A stretch of 42,310 nt of DNA from assembly GCA_964600955.1 (NCBI GenBank), contig CAZRLV010000001.1, positions 2,277 to 44,586 of the forward strand. Direction: 5' to 3'. Positions 24,405-33,511 of the stretch are shown here, one piece after another. The position numbers were made by a program, and so were the translations under genes. The stretch's first letter is position 1. Every line of letters starts with the position of its first letter. The stretch is from an uncultured bacterium. Lineage in GTDB: Bacteria > Muiribacteriota > UBA6191. The notes under the pieces are model-generated. The model searched no databases, was not told the origin of the DNA, and saw nothing but the letters and a program-made list of their open reading frames with translations.

Positions 24405-26418
24405 GTTTAGGTTTAGACATAAAAAAACTATGGTACCACTCCTCAAAGGAAAGCAGTGACCAGATGAGCAGGCGATGATTAATGCCTTGCGAGTGCTCTT
24501 TAATGGTTTTTTCGATAAAGTCCTTGTTGAGGAACTCAAGACAGACCGCTGATTTTGCTAATAATCGATCTTTAACGTATTGGAAATTTTCGCCGCGGTA
24601 CCAACTCTCGTCCGGCGCTGAAAACCCTTGTTTACTTCTTCGGGTTATTCTCTCGGGCAATAATCCCTGCATGGCATGCCGTAAAACATTTTTTCCGTCA
24701 TCATGACTTTGGTAATAGGCACTTTGCTTTCTCAAAATATTTTCATCCATGCGGGTTTGCTGTTCCAGGTTTCTTATTTTATGTCGAATAGGAATTTTCA
24801 TGGCAAAGTCCACAAGATCATTATCTAGGAAGGGGAATCTCTCTTCAATCGATGAGGCCATCGAGAGCTTGTCGCCGACTATGAACAGCCCATGTAAAAA
24901 CGTCTTGATTTCAAAATAAAGAGAATTTGCAAGATGATCCTCAGGGGAGTCGTAGTTAAGGTTTTCATTAAAGCGGAAGACTTTTTTAAAGATCTCATAG
25001 GGTCGGTCAATCGAGATATTTTTGAGGGTTTCAGGTTTAAACAGTCTGAGCCTGTCCTGACCTTTCACCAATCTCTGCCAAAACCCATAATAATGTGAAT
25101 AAAACTCTTCGCGGTCAGTGGGATTCAATTCACGGTAATAGCGCCAAGGATAGCCTGCATAGAGTTCATCACCTCCCACACCTGTAAGTACGATCGTTAC
25201 AAATTTAGAAGCCAGTTTGCTGATATAGTAATTTGGATAACTCATGCCTACGCGCAGGTCCTCCATATGCCAGATCACTTTAGGGAGAGCCCATGATATG
25301 TCTCCGGCATTGATAACCTGTTCAAAATGCTGGGTTTTAAATTCATTGGCTACAATCTCGGCTGCGAGTCGTTCATCAAAGCTAGCCTCAACACCCGTTA
25401 CCTGAGACAGCTCAAAACCTGCTGTAAAGGTGCTCATACGCTCTAATTGCTGGCTTGCAACGGCAACAACTGCACCGCTATCGATTCCTCCACTCAAATA
25501 GGAACCGATGGGAACATCGGCCACGCATTGGCGTTTCACTGCCTGATGAAAGAGGCGCAGAGTTTCTTCACTGGCCTCGCTAAAGGAAATATTTTCATCA
25601 CTCTGTGTAAAATCATAATCCCAGAAACAAGTTTTTTGAAACCTGTTCTGGAAGTCAATCTGAGCTATATTGGCAGGAGGTAGGAGAAAAACCCCCTCGA
25701 ACAGAGTCTCGAACTGAAATAGGTTTTGAAACGTGAAATACTCATTCAGGGCTTCATAGTTTAGCTTTCGTGCAAGATCCGGGTAGCATAATAGAGATTT
25801 GATCTCGCTGGCAAAAAGAAACAAGTCTCCGCATTGAGCATAGTACAAAGGTTTGATTCCATATCGATCTCTTGCCAGATACAGGGTTTGTTTGGGACTA
25901 TCGAAAAGGGCAAAGGCAAACATGCCATTGAAACGTTTCACACAGTCTATGCCCCATTCCATATAAGCCAATAAAACCACTTCGGTATCAGAGCGGGATC
26001 TGAATTCATATCCGAAACCTTCAAGCTCCTGTCTTAATTTAATGTGGTTGTAGATTTCTCCGTTGAAAACCAGCCAAAAGTTTCCCGATCGGTCCTGCAT
26101 GGGTTGATGGGCCGCCGCACTGAGATCAAGAATGGATAATCGGCGATGTCCAAGAAATAGATTCCAATGGTCTCCTTGCAGAGCGGTTCGTCCCTCCGGC
26201 GAGTCTATGACAGGAAGTCTGGGTGAAATTGAGGAAAATTCAGAGTCAGTGAATTCCAAATCGTAAGAAGACATTTTACCTGCCAGAGGACCTGTACGAG
26301 CGACTAAATATCCAGCGTCATCTGGGCCTCGATGGGAGATGCTGTCGCACATGGTCTTGAGAAAATTTGACTTCAGGATCTGACCATTGGCGGCCAAAAC
26401 TCCAACTATTCCGCACAC
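24394..26418 (-). CDS. asnB: Asparagine synthase (glutamine-hydrolysing)-like amidotransferase
   Basis: 674 aa. N-terminal nucleophile MCGIVG, Ntn glutaminase domain, then the PP-loop SGGIDS (YLSGGIDSGAVV) of the synthetase domain. Confidence 0.85.
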   Translation of the reverse strand: MCGIVGVLAANGQILKSNFLKTMCDSISHRGPDDAGYLVARTGPLAGKMSSYDLEFTDSEFSSISPRLPVIDSPEGRTALQGDHWNLFLGHRRLSILDLSAAAHQPMQDRSGNFWLVFNGEIYNHIKLRQELEGFGYEFRSRSDTEVVLLAYMEWGIDCVKRFNGMFAFALFDSPKQTLYLARDRYGIKPLYYAQCGDLFLFASEIKSLLCYPDLARKLNYEALNEYFTFQNLFQFETLFEGVFLLPPANIAQIDFQNRFQKTCFWDYDFTQSDENISFSEASEETLRLFHQAVKRQCVADVPIGSYLSGGIDSGAVVAVASQQLERMSTFTAGFELSQVTGVEASFDERLAAEIVANEFKTQHFEQVINAGDISWALPKVIWHMEDLRVGMSYPNYYISKLASKFVTIVLTGVGGDELYAGYPWRYYRELNPTDREEFYSHYYGFWQRLVKGQDRLRLFKPETLKNISIDRPYEIFKKVFRFNENLNYDSPEDHLANSLYFEIKTFLHGLFIVGDKLSMASSIEERFPFLDNDLVDFAMKIPIRHKIRNLEQQTRMDENILRKQSAYYQSHDDGKNVLRHAMQGLLPERITRRSKQGFSAPDESWYRGENFQYVKDRLLAKSAVCLEFLNKDFIEKTIKEHSQGINHRLLIWSLLSFEEWYHSFFMSKPKHDS

Positions 26419-27596
26419 TGGAAGAGTTCCTCCATGACATAATTGAACTCGGAATCCGTCATTTGAGGGTAGACAGGTAGCGCAATGCTAAGTTGGTCGG
26501 CAGCCAAGGACTGAAGATAGTCCTCAGGGTTTATACCATATTTTTGCCGATAGTATTTCAAGGTATGAACCGCATGGGTTCCCTGTCGCGTGGCTATTCC
26601 CTTGTGCGCAAGTCTGAACATGAACTGATTGCGCAGTCGATTCAATTTTTCAATTTTGGACAGATTCAATTCTGCGAAATCTTCACCGCCCGTATAGAGG
26701 CAGACATAAGACTGATAGCTATGTACATATTCCTGTGGAGTGACCGGTGTCTTGAGGTGTGGGTGAGAACCTAAGGCAGCGTCATAGTTTCGGGCAATTT
26801 TGCGGCGTCCGTGAAGTATCTTCTGGGCTTTCTCAAGCTGAGTCACGCCCAGAGATGCCTGGATATCCGTCATGCGGTAATTAAATCCCCGAAGCTCAAA
26901 TTCAGGCAAGAGGCTTCCTTGCCTGGACTGGTGTCGATCCAGGTCTGAGACCGCAGCTCCATGACTTCGCAACTGATTGACCTTCTCAATTAGACTGGAG
27001 TCTTCTGTAATGAGCATTCCCCCTTCACCAGTGGTTATGGCTTTGCGGGGATGAAAAGAAAAGCAGCCAAGATCACCAAAGGTTCCAGAATGTCTGTCTC
27101 CAATCCAGCTGTCAAATCCGCAAGCCGAATCTTCAAGAATTCTGAATTCATATTTTCTACGTAGATCCAGAATCGCCGGAAGGTTGGAGCAAAGACCAAA
27201 AAGGTTGACTGGCATGACGGCCTTGATTCTGTTCTGGGTGTCCTTTTCCAAGATTTCTTCGAGTTTCGTCGTATCCAGGTTGAAATCCTGTAGGCGGATA
27301 TCACAAAAGATGACTTTTGCTCCCGTATACTCAACTGCGTTTTGAGAGGCTACATAGGTGAAGGATGGCACAACCACCTGGTCTCCCTCACCAATCCCCA
27401 GAGCAGTTAAACCCAGGTGAAGGGCGCTGGTACAGCTGGAGCAAGCGCTCGAAAATGAGGCTCCTGTAAATTGGCTAAAACGCGATTCAAACTCTTTGAC
27501 CCAAGGTCCCTGAACCAACCAGCCAGTGTCCAGGGGGCGTAAAACAGCCTCGCGGTCTTTGGAATCAAGAACTGTCTTGGTAATGGGTATCTTCAT
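26406..27596 (-). CDS. DegT/DnrJ/EryC1/StrS-family PLP sugar aminotransferase
   Basis: 396 aa. Has SCTSALHLGL and the PLP-lysine region CFSFHPRKAITTGEGGML. 4-nt overlap with the upstream gene. Confidence 0.85.
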   Translation of the reverse strand: MKIPITKTVLDSKDREAVLRPLDTGWLVQGPWVKEFESRFSQFTGASFSSACSSCTSALHLGLTALGIGEGDQVVVPSFTYVASQNAVEYTGAKVIFCDIRLQDFNLDTTKLEEILEKDTQNRIKAVMPVNLFGLCSNLPAILDLRRKYEFRILEDSACGFDSWIGDRHSGTFGDLGCFSFHPRKAITTGEGGMLITEDSSLIEKVNQLRSHGAAVSDLDRHQSRQGSLLPEFELRGFNYRMTDIQASLGVTQLEKAQKILHGRRKIARNYDAALGSHPHLKTPVTPQEYVHSYQSYVCLYTGGEDFAELNLSKIEKLNRLRNQFMFRLAHKGIATRQGTHAVHTLKYYRQKYGINPEDYLQSLAADQLSIALPVYPQMTDSEFNYVMEELFQCAE

Positions 27597-28561
27597 TGTT
27601 TGTGATTTCTGCGCCAGTCTATGAGTTTTCTAAGTCCATTTTGAAGTTCAAGATCATAATTAAAATTGATTTCCTTCGAGGCTTTCTTTGGGTTTCCAAT
27701 TCGATTAGTGACAAAGACTTCGGGAGCGGGCTCATACTGGATCGTAGCTGTGCTATCTGTCAGCTCAAGAATGAGTTTAACCAGCTCATTGATTGAGGTC
27801 TGTACTCCTGAACCAATATTATAAAACTCATTGCTGGCTTCGGATTTAAGGGCGCAGACATTGGCTCGGGCAGCGTCAGAGACATAAATGAAATCAAAGG
27901 CTTGTGAACCGTCTCCGTGAACAATAGGGGGTAATCCCTGCTCCAGACGATCCAGGATTTTCATGATGACCGCAATATACGCTCCTTTATAGTCCTGTCG
28001 GGCCCCATAGACATTCATATAGCGCAATCCGCAGTAGTTTAGACCATAGCGGTGAAAAAAGGATTTACATAGATGTTCGCCGGCTATTTTTGTGGCTCCA
28101 TAGAATGTCTTATTATTATAGATATGATCCTCTGACATTGGAATTTCCACGGCATCACCATAGACCGAAGCCGAAGAGGAATAAATAAGTTTTTTAACCC
28201 CATGTTTAACACAGGCCTCAAGCACATTGAATGTTCCCTCAATATTGACATGAAAAGCGCTGCGGGGATAGTCGTGGCAGTGCAGCAGCCATAGAGCTGC
28301 CAGGTGCACCACAAAATCACATCCTTTGACGGCTTCATCCAGAATGTCGGTGTGAAGGATATCCCCTCCTAGTTCGAAAACTCGAACACGGTCATCCTTT
28401 AGGGCATGTGAAAGGTTCTCTCTTGTACCTCGGGAGAAATTGTCATAGACAATAATTTGGTCAAAATCTTCTTGGATTAACTCATCTACAACATGAGACC
28501 CAATGAATCCGCCCCCCCCAATAACCAAGACTTTGCAACCTCGAAAATCCCAGGGTTTCAT
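27593..28561 (-). CDS. SDR-family NAD-dependent nucleotide-sugar epimerase/dehydratase
   Basis: VLVIGGGGFIGSHVV (GxxGxxG), the YGATK catalytic YxxxK, 322 aa. The glycine motif is encoded by a G8 run (plus-strand C8, 28512..28519). Confidence 0.85.
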   Translation of the reverse strand: MKPWDFRGCKVLVIGGGGFIGSHVVDELIQEDFDQIIVYDNFSRGTRENLSHALKDDRVRVFELGGDILHTDILDEAVKGCDFVVHLAALWLLHCHDYPRSAFHVNIEGTFNVLEACVKHGVKKLIYSSSASVYGDAVEIPMSEDHIYNNKTFYGATKIAGEHLCKSFFHRYGLNYCGLRYMNVYGARQDYKGAYIAVIMKILDRLEQGLPPIVHGDGSQAFDFIYVSDAARANVCALKSEASNEFYNIGSGVQTSINELVKLILELTDSTATIQYEPAPEVFVTNRIGNPKKASKEINFNYDLELQNGLRKLIDWRRNHKQ

Positions 28562-29697
28562 GTGAGGCTCCTTTCATTAAAAAATTCCTGGATAGCCTGA
28601 ATAATGCTGCTCTGATGACTCTCGGACAAAAACGCACTCATAGGCAAGGATAGGACTTCATAACACAGCTTTTTTGCACGCGGAAAGAATGCGGATCTTA
28701 ATGGACTTTTAAACACGGGTTGTTCGGGCAGAGGTTTGGGGTAGTGTACGGCTGTTGGGATTCCCAGACTAGACAAATGCTCCCTAAGTTGATCCCGCAA
28801 TGGGGTTCGACACGTAAACTGAGCCCATACTGAAGATTGGTCGGGCTCAAGTTCTGGCAAACCCAGGGCCTCCAGCGACTCCAAACCATCAAAATAGCGT
28901 AAAGCGACTCTTTGCCTTTGGGTAACTTCTTGAGGGAAATAACGCAATTTGACGAGAAGAATGGCGGCTTGTACTGAATCCAGGCGGCTATTCATGCCCG
29001 CCATAACATGGGTGTAGGTTCTGGATTCTCCTTGAGCTTTTGGGGGTAGTTCACCATGGGATTTTACCAATCTCAACTTCGCTGCAGTCTCATCCCTGTT
29101 GCAAAATACGGCGCCACCGTCACCAAAACAACCCAGAGGCTTTGAAGGGAAAAAACTGGTTGCGGCCAACTGGGTCTGACCCCCGCTGAAGCCATCACGA
29201 TTTCGTGCCCCCAGGCTCTGGGCTGCGTCTTCGATCACCACCAGATCATGAGTCTTAGCCACTCTTGATATATTTCGTAGATTACAGGTTTGGCCAAATA
29301 GGGAAACAGCCAGTATGGCTCGAGTCCGGCTGGTGATCACTCCTTCTAGAAGGTTTGGATCCAGTCCGAAACTCTTTTCTTCGACATCAACAAATACAGG
29401 GATAGCCCCAGAGAGTAGAACAACTTCAGCCGTCGCTATAAAACTGAAGGCGGGAACAATGACTTCATCACCAAGTTCCAAATCCAGAGCTTTGAGGCAA
29501 AGGAGCAGGGCATCGGTACCGCTTGCGCAGGTTACGCAGTGTTCGGTCCCGACAAATTCGCCCAATTGGGTTTCCAATTCACCGACCCAGGGGCCGTTAA
29601 TGAACCTTCCAGAATCCAGAACTTCCTCTATGGCTTTGTTAAAGTCTGCACGGTAGGCTTGAATTTGCGCATCAAGATCGGAGAAGGGAATTTTCAT
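28558..29697 (-). CDS. wbpE: WbpE/WlbC-like DegT aminotransferase (3-oxo-sugar transaminase type)
   Basis: 379 aa. The PLP-lysine region SFFPSKPLGCFGDGGAVF closely recalls WbpE-type enzymes. It sits directly downstream of the WbpB-like and WbpD-like genes. Confidence 0.7.
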   Translation of the reverse strand: MKIPFSDLDAQIQAYRADFNKAIEEVLDSGRFINGPWVGELETQLGEFVGTEHCVTCASGTDALLLCLKALDLELGDEVIVPAFSFIATAEVVLLSGAIPVFVDVEEKSFGLDPNLLEGVITSRTRAILAVSLFGQTCNLRNISRVAKTHDLVVIEDAAQSLGARNRDGFSGGQTQLAATSFFPSKPLGCFGDGGAVFCNRDETAAKLRLVKSHGELPPKAQGESRTYTHVMAGMNSRLDSVQAAILLVKLRYFPQEVTQRQRVALRYFDGLESLEALGLPELEPDQSSVWAQFTCRTPLRDQLREHLSSLGIPTAVHYPKPLPEQPVFKSPLRSAFFPRAKKLCYEVLSLPMSAFLSESHQSSIIQAIQEFFNERSLT

Positions 29698-30278
29698 TCT
29701 AAGGGTTTTCCAGTCTTGTCCAGGAAATAGACCTGATTCTTCTCAAGAACATATTTACTGGAGTCAGAGGAATCCATGGCTTTGCCGGATCTATCGAAAT
29801 GCAGTTTGTTTCCAGCCCGTGAAATCCAACCTTGATGTTTAGCGGGATTGCCATAAACCAATGCGAAATCAGGTACATCACGTGTCACTACAGAACCTGC
29901 TCCGATCAACGCGAAACGGCCTATGGTAACCCCACAAATCAACGTGGCGTTGGCACCAATGGTAGCTCCTTGCTTGACCAGAGTAGGCAGGAACTCATTT
30001 TTGCGCTCCAAAAAAGCCCTTGGATTTATGACGTTAGTGAAAACCATGCTGGGTCCCAGGAATACATGATCTTCCAGAGTAACGCCCTGATAGACCGAAA
30101 CATTATTTTGGATTTTGACTCCGTTTCCAATGACTACATGCGGCCCTATCATACAGTTTTGACCGATGATACAATCTGTGCCGATTTGAACGTCTTTTAG
30201 CAAGTGAGTGAAATGCCAAATATTGGTTCTTTCCCCAATTTGAACTCCCTTGTCGATGCATGCCGTGTTGTGGATCAT
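29694..30278 (-). CDS. wbpD: WbpD/WlbB-like hexapeptide N-acetyltransferase
   Basis: 194 aa. NIWHFTHL...IQNNVSVYQGVTLEDHVFLGPSMVFTNVINPRA matches my memory of Pseudomonas WbpD / Bordetella WlbB nearly motif for motif. Confidence 0.75.
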   Translation of the reverse strand: MIHNTACIDKGVQIGERTNIWHFTHLLKDVQIGTDCIIGQNCMIGPHVVIGNGVKIQNNVSVYQGVTLEDHVFLGPSMVFTNVINPRAFLERKNEFLPTLVKQGATIGANATLICGVTIGRFALIGAGSVVTRDVPDFALVYGNPAKHQGWISRAGNKLHFDRSGKAMDSSDSSKYVLEKNQVYFLDKTGKPLE

Positions 30279-30291
30279 AGTTTGGAATTAC

Positions 30292-31248
30292 TTAAGACCT
30301 GATACAGAAAGGGTGGTAATCACCTTTCAGTCCGGCGGGTTTGGTGTTTCTAAGGGCATGCACAATCTCAATCGATGTTTTGGTTTCTTCCAGGGAATGT
30401 CCTTGCTCATTCAGGATTTCATGGTAGCACCGCGAATGCAAATTTGTGAAACCATGACTGAAATCCAGCTCTTCCCCGTTTATACATATGGAGCGATAGG
30501 GCTGGTCTTCCAGCGACTTTTGTCTTGGCGGTAAATCAAGCTTGGAAATGGACAAAAACCAGCGAATCCGTGCATGCTTCAGTTCCAGAAAGCCTGCGCA
30601 ATAGGTCTCATTTGAGACATGAACCACTGACTTCTCGATCTTTCCAAAAATCCAACAGAGGAGATCAAAGAAATGGATACCGATATTCGTAGCAATGCCG
30701 CCGGAACGTGAGATATCACCTTTCCAGGAGTAGTTGTACCATTTGCCTCGCGGGGTGATATAACTCAGGTCGATGTCCCATTTTTTCTTTGGGTTTTGAT
30801 CTATCTCGAACCAGGTCTTGTGGGCAAGGTCTTGAAGCGCAGGATGGCTGCGTAGTTGTAGAATGGGATAGATCTTGTACCCACTTTCGCTCTCAACCTC
30901 CTGTAGAGCGTCAATATTCCAAGGGTTGAGTACCAGTGGCTTCTCACAAATCGCATGAGCCTGACTTCTGAGGGCAAAACGGATATGAGCGTCATGGAGA
31001 TAGTTTGGGGAGCAAATGGAAATATACTCTGGTTTTTTTCCCTTGCGCTTTAGCTTTTCAATATGTCGGTCAAAGCGCTCAAATTCCGTAAAGAAGTCAG
31101 CTTCAGGGTAATAAGAATCAATAATCCCTACACTGTCACAGGGGTCCAAAGCCGCCAGTAGATCTCCATGGCATTCTCTCATGGCCCTCATATGCCTTGG
31201 TGCGATATATCCTGCCGCACCAATCAGGGCAAATTTTGGTTGTCTCAT
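30292..31248 (-). CDS. wbpB: WbpB/WlbA-like Gfo/Idh/MocA oxidoreductase
   Basis: Track ORF 30292..31341. The internal ATG at 31248 (MRQPKFALIGAAGYIAPRHMRAM...) avoids a 76-nt overlap with pruA. FALIGAAGYIAPRHMRA, SVGIIDSYYPEADFFTEFERF and YISICSPNYLH are WbpB-like. Confidence 0.75.
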   Translation of the reverse strand: MRQPKFALIGAAGYIAPRHMRAMRECHGDLLAALDPCDSVGIIDSYYPEADFFTEFERFDRHIEKLKRKGKKPEYISICSPNYLHDAHIRFALRSQAHAICEKPLVLNPWNIDALQEVESESGYKIYPILQLRSHPALQDLAHKTWFEIDQNPKKKWDIDLSYITPRGKWYNYSWKGDISRSGGIATNIGIHFFDLLCWIFGKIEKSVVHVSNETYCAGFLELKHARIRWFLSISKLDLPPRQKSLEDQPYRSICINGEELDFSHGFTNLHSRCYHEILNEQGHSLEETKTSIEIVHALRNTKPAGLKGDYHPFCIRS

Positions 31249-31265
31249 AGGAGGTCTGTCAGGTC

Positions 31266-32897
31266 TTAAGTTTTCAAAAAGGGGTAGCGATAGTCTCGTG
31301 GCGGAACGAAAGTTTCTTTGATCGTTCTCGGACTCAGCCATCGTAGGAGGTTATTCTTGGCACCCGCCTTATCATTTGTACCGCTGGCACGTCCTCCTCC
31401 AAAAGGTTGTTGTCCCACCACGGCACCCGTTGGTTTGTCATTGATATAAAAATTGCCCGCTGAGTTTCTAAGGGCATCCAGTGCAAAATCAATGGCGTAG
31501 CGGTCTTTGGAGAAAACGGCTCCCGTGAGTGCATAAGGCGAAGTGGAGTCTACGAGTTTCAAGGTTTCTTCCCACTCAGAATCGGGGTAGATATAAACGG
31601 TCATCACCGGTCCAAAAATTTCCTCACGCAAGGTTTTGAAGTTTGGATCAGAAGCGAGGATAACCGTAGGTTCTATAAAATATCCCATGGAGTCATCGCA
31701 TTTTCCACCCATGAGAATCCTGGCGTCCGGCGAAGCTTCAGCGGCAGCGATATACCCTGAAATTTTATTGTAAGCACGTTGGTCGATGACCGCGTTGACA
31801 AAATTCCCAAAATCTTCCACTGGGCCAGTCTTGATACTCTCCAAGTCTTTTTTTAGAAGAGGGTGAACCTCATCCCAGAGACTCTGAGGGAGATAGACCC
31901 GTGAGACCGCTGAACATTTTTGGCCCTGGAACTCAAAGGCCCCGCGAATCATAGCCGTGGTTAACTCCTGGGGGTCTGCCGATGGGTGGGCGACAATAAA
32001 ATCCTTGCCTCCCGTCTCACCCACAATGCGGGGGTAAGAGCGGTATTGGTCGACGGACTGACCCACGGTTTTCCAAAAAGATTGAAAGGTAGCAGTGGAC
32101 CCGGTGAAGTGAATGCCTGCCAGGTCTGGATGCATCAGAGCCGACCTTGAGAATTCCTCTTGAATTCCAAAAACCGCATTAATAACCCCGGGGGGTAGTC
32201 CGGCTTCTTCGAAGATTTTTAAGAGGATATGAGCCGAATAGATCTGGGTGTCCGCAGGTTTCCAGACCACGACATTTCCGAGCATGGCCGGAGTAAGCGC
32301 AAGGTTGGCGGCAATGCAGGTGAAATTAAAGGGAGTCACCGCCGCGACAAACCCTTCAAGGGGGCGGTACTCCATGCGATTCCAAGTGGCCGGGGAGTTT
32401 TTTCGTGGTTGCTCGCTATAGATTTCCTGCATGTACTTGACATTGAAGCGTAGAAAATCTGCCAACTCGCAAACGGCGTCGATCTCTGACTGGTAGGCGT
32501 TTTTAGATTGTCCCAGCATGGTGGCAGCGTTAAGTCTCTGACGCCAGGGACCTGAGATGAGATCCGCCATTTTTAAAAAGATCGAGGCGCGGCTTTCCCA
32601 GGACAAAGTAGCCCACTGCTTTTGAGCCTCAAGGGCATTATGAATGGCCTCGCTTACCAGGTCCTCATTTCCAACATGAAAATTGCCTAAAATATGGCCA
32701 TGGTCGTGAGGACAGATACAGGGTTTTATTTTTCCTGTTCGGATCTCTTTTCCTCCAATAACCATGGGGATGTCCAGACATTGGGACCTCAATTCTCTGA
32801 GTTGAGCCTGTAGTTCCTCTCGTTCAGGACTCCCTGCGGTATAGTTGCCAACGGGTTCGTTTTCGGGTTCAGGAAGATTGGCAAGGCTGATTTTCAT
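31266..32897 (-). CDS. pruA: L-glutamate gamma-semialdehyde (1-pyrroline-5-carboxylate) dehydrogenase
   Basis: 543 aa aldehyde dehydrogenase. Has the ETGGKD catalytic-Glu region (IVGETGGKDF), the catalytic Cys region (FEFQGQKCSAVSRVY) and a long PruA-type N-terminal extension. Confidence 0.8.
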   Translation of the reverse strand: MKISLANLPEPENEPVGNYTAGSPEREELQAQLRELRSQCLDIPMVIGGKEIRTGKIKPCICPHDHGHILGNFHVGNEDLVSEAIHNALEAQKQWATLSWESRASIFLKMADLISGPWRQRLNAATMLGQSKNAYQSEIDAVCELADFLRFNVKYMQEIYSEQPRKNSPATWNRMEYRPLEGFVAAVTPFNFTCIAANLALTPAMLGNVVVWKPADTQIYSAHILLKIFEEAGLPPGVINAVFGIQEEFSRSALMHPDLAGIHFTGSTATFQSFWKTVGQSVDQYRSYPRIVGETGGKDFIVAHPSADPQELTTAMIRGAFEFQGQKCSAVSRVYLPQSLWDEVHPLLKKDLESIKTGPVEDFGNFVNAVIDQRAYNKISGYIAAAEASPDARILMGGKCDDSMGYFIEPTVILASDPNFKTLREEIFGPVMTVYIYPDSEWEETLKLVDSTSPYALTGAVFSKDRYAIDFALDALRNSAGNFYINDKPTGAVVGQQPFGGGRASGTNDKAGAKNNLLRWLSPRTIKETFVPPRDYRYPFLKT

Positions 32898-32909
32898 AAG
32901 AATCTCCTT

Positions 32910-33380
32910 TTAAAGGCTATAGCGTTTTTCAAGGCCCCGAAGAAGCCCCAGGGCTTTTTCCATGATGGAAATATTCTGGTCCATAATTAATTGAATAGCA
33001 GACTTCAAGGTTTTAGGAGAGTCCACCGTGAGAATCATAGCCGTCTTGAACTGGGGATTTTTTAAAGCCATGACCTTGATTCCCAGGGCGCGGACTTCGT
33101 TTGCAAGAGGGGTATCGAAATGATAAGAGACTAAACCCATGGCCTCAGCTTTTTTATAGATCTCACGGTCGCGTGTTTCAAGATTCAATTTGAGATCAAA
33201 CAGAGCTTGCAGATCGAATTCACCCATTTTCCCAGCCGGAATCAGAAACTCGCAAAACCAGTTTCGAAACAGAAAGTATGGACAATGATTTTCACGGCCC
33301 GCGTCCTCACGAACGACCTCTCCCTCGGGGAAAGCCTCCTCAAGTTCGGCTAAAACACTATTGATTTGATCGGGACTCAT
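32910..33380 (-). CDS. Hypothetical protein (156 aa)
   Basis: ATG preceded by GGAGG at 7 nt. No family recognised. It is the first gene of the tightly packed array 33380->20943. Confidence 0.6.
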   Translation of the reverse strand: MSPDQINSVLAELEEAFPEGEVVREDAGRENHCPYFLFRNWFCEFLIPAGKMGEFDLQALFDLKLNLETRDREIYKKAEAMGLVSYHFDTPLANEVRALGIKVMALKNPQFKTAMILTVDSPKTLKSAIQLIMDQNISIMEKALGLLRGLEKRYSL

Positions 33381-33511
33381 CCAAAAACCTCCGCAACCAA
33401 GATCGTACTATATTCTTAGCGGAGAAGAAAGGCTGTGATGATGACCCCCTCAGCCTAATTCCCCGTCTACCTTCTCCACCAATTCTGCATGGGTTTTTGC
33501 AAAAAAATGAT

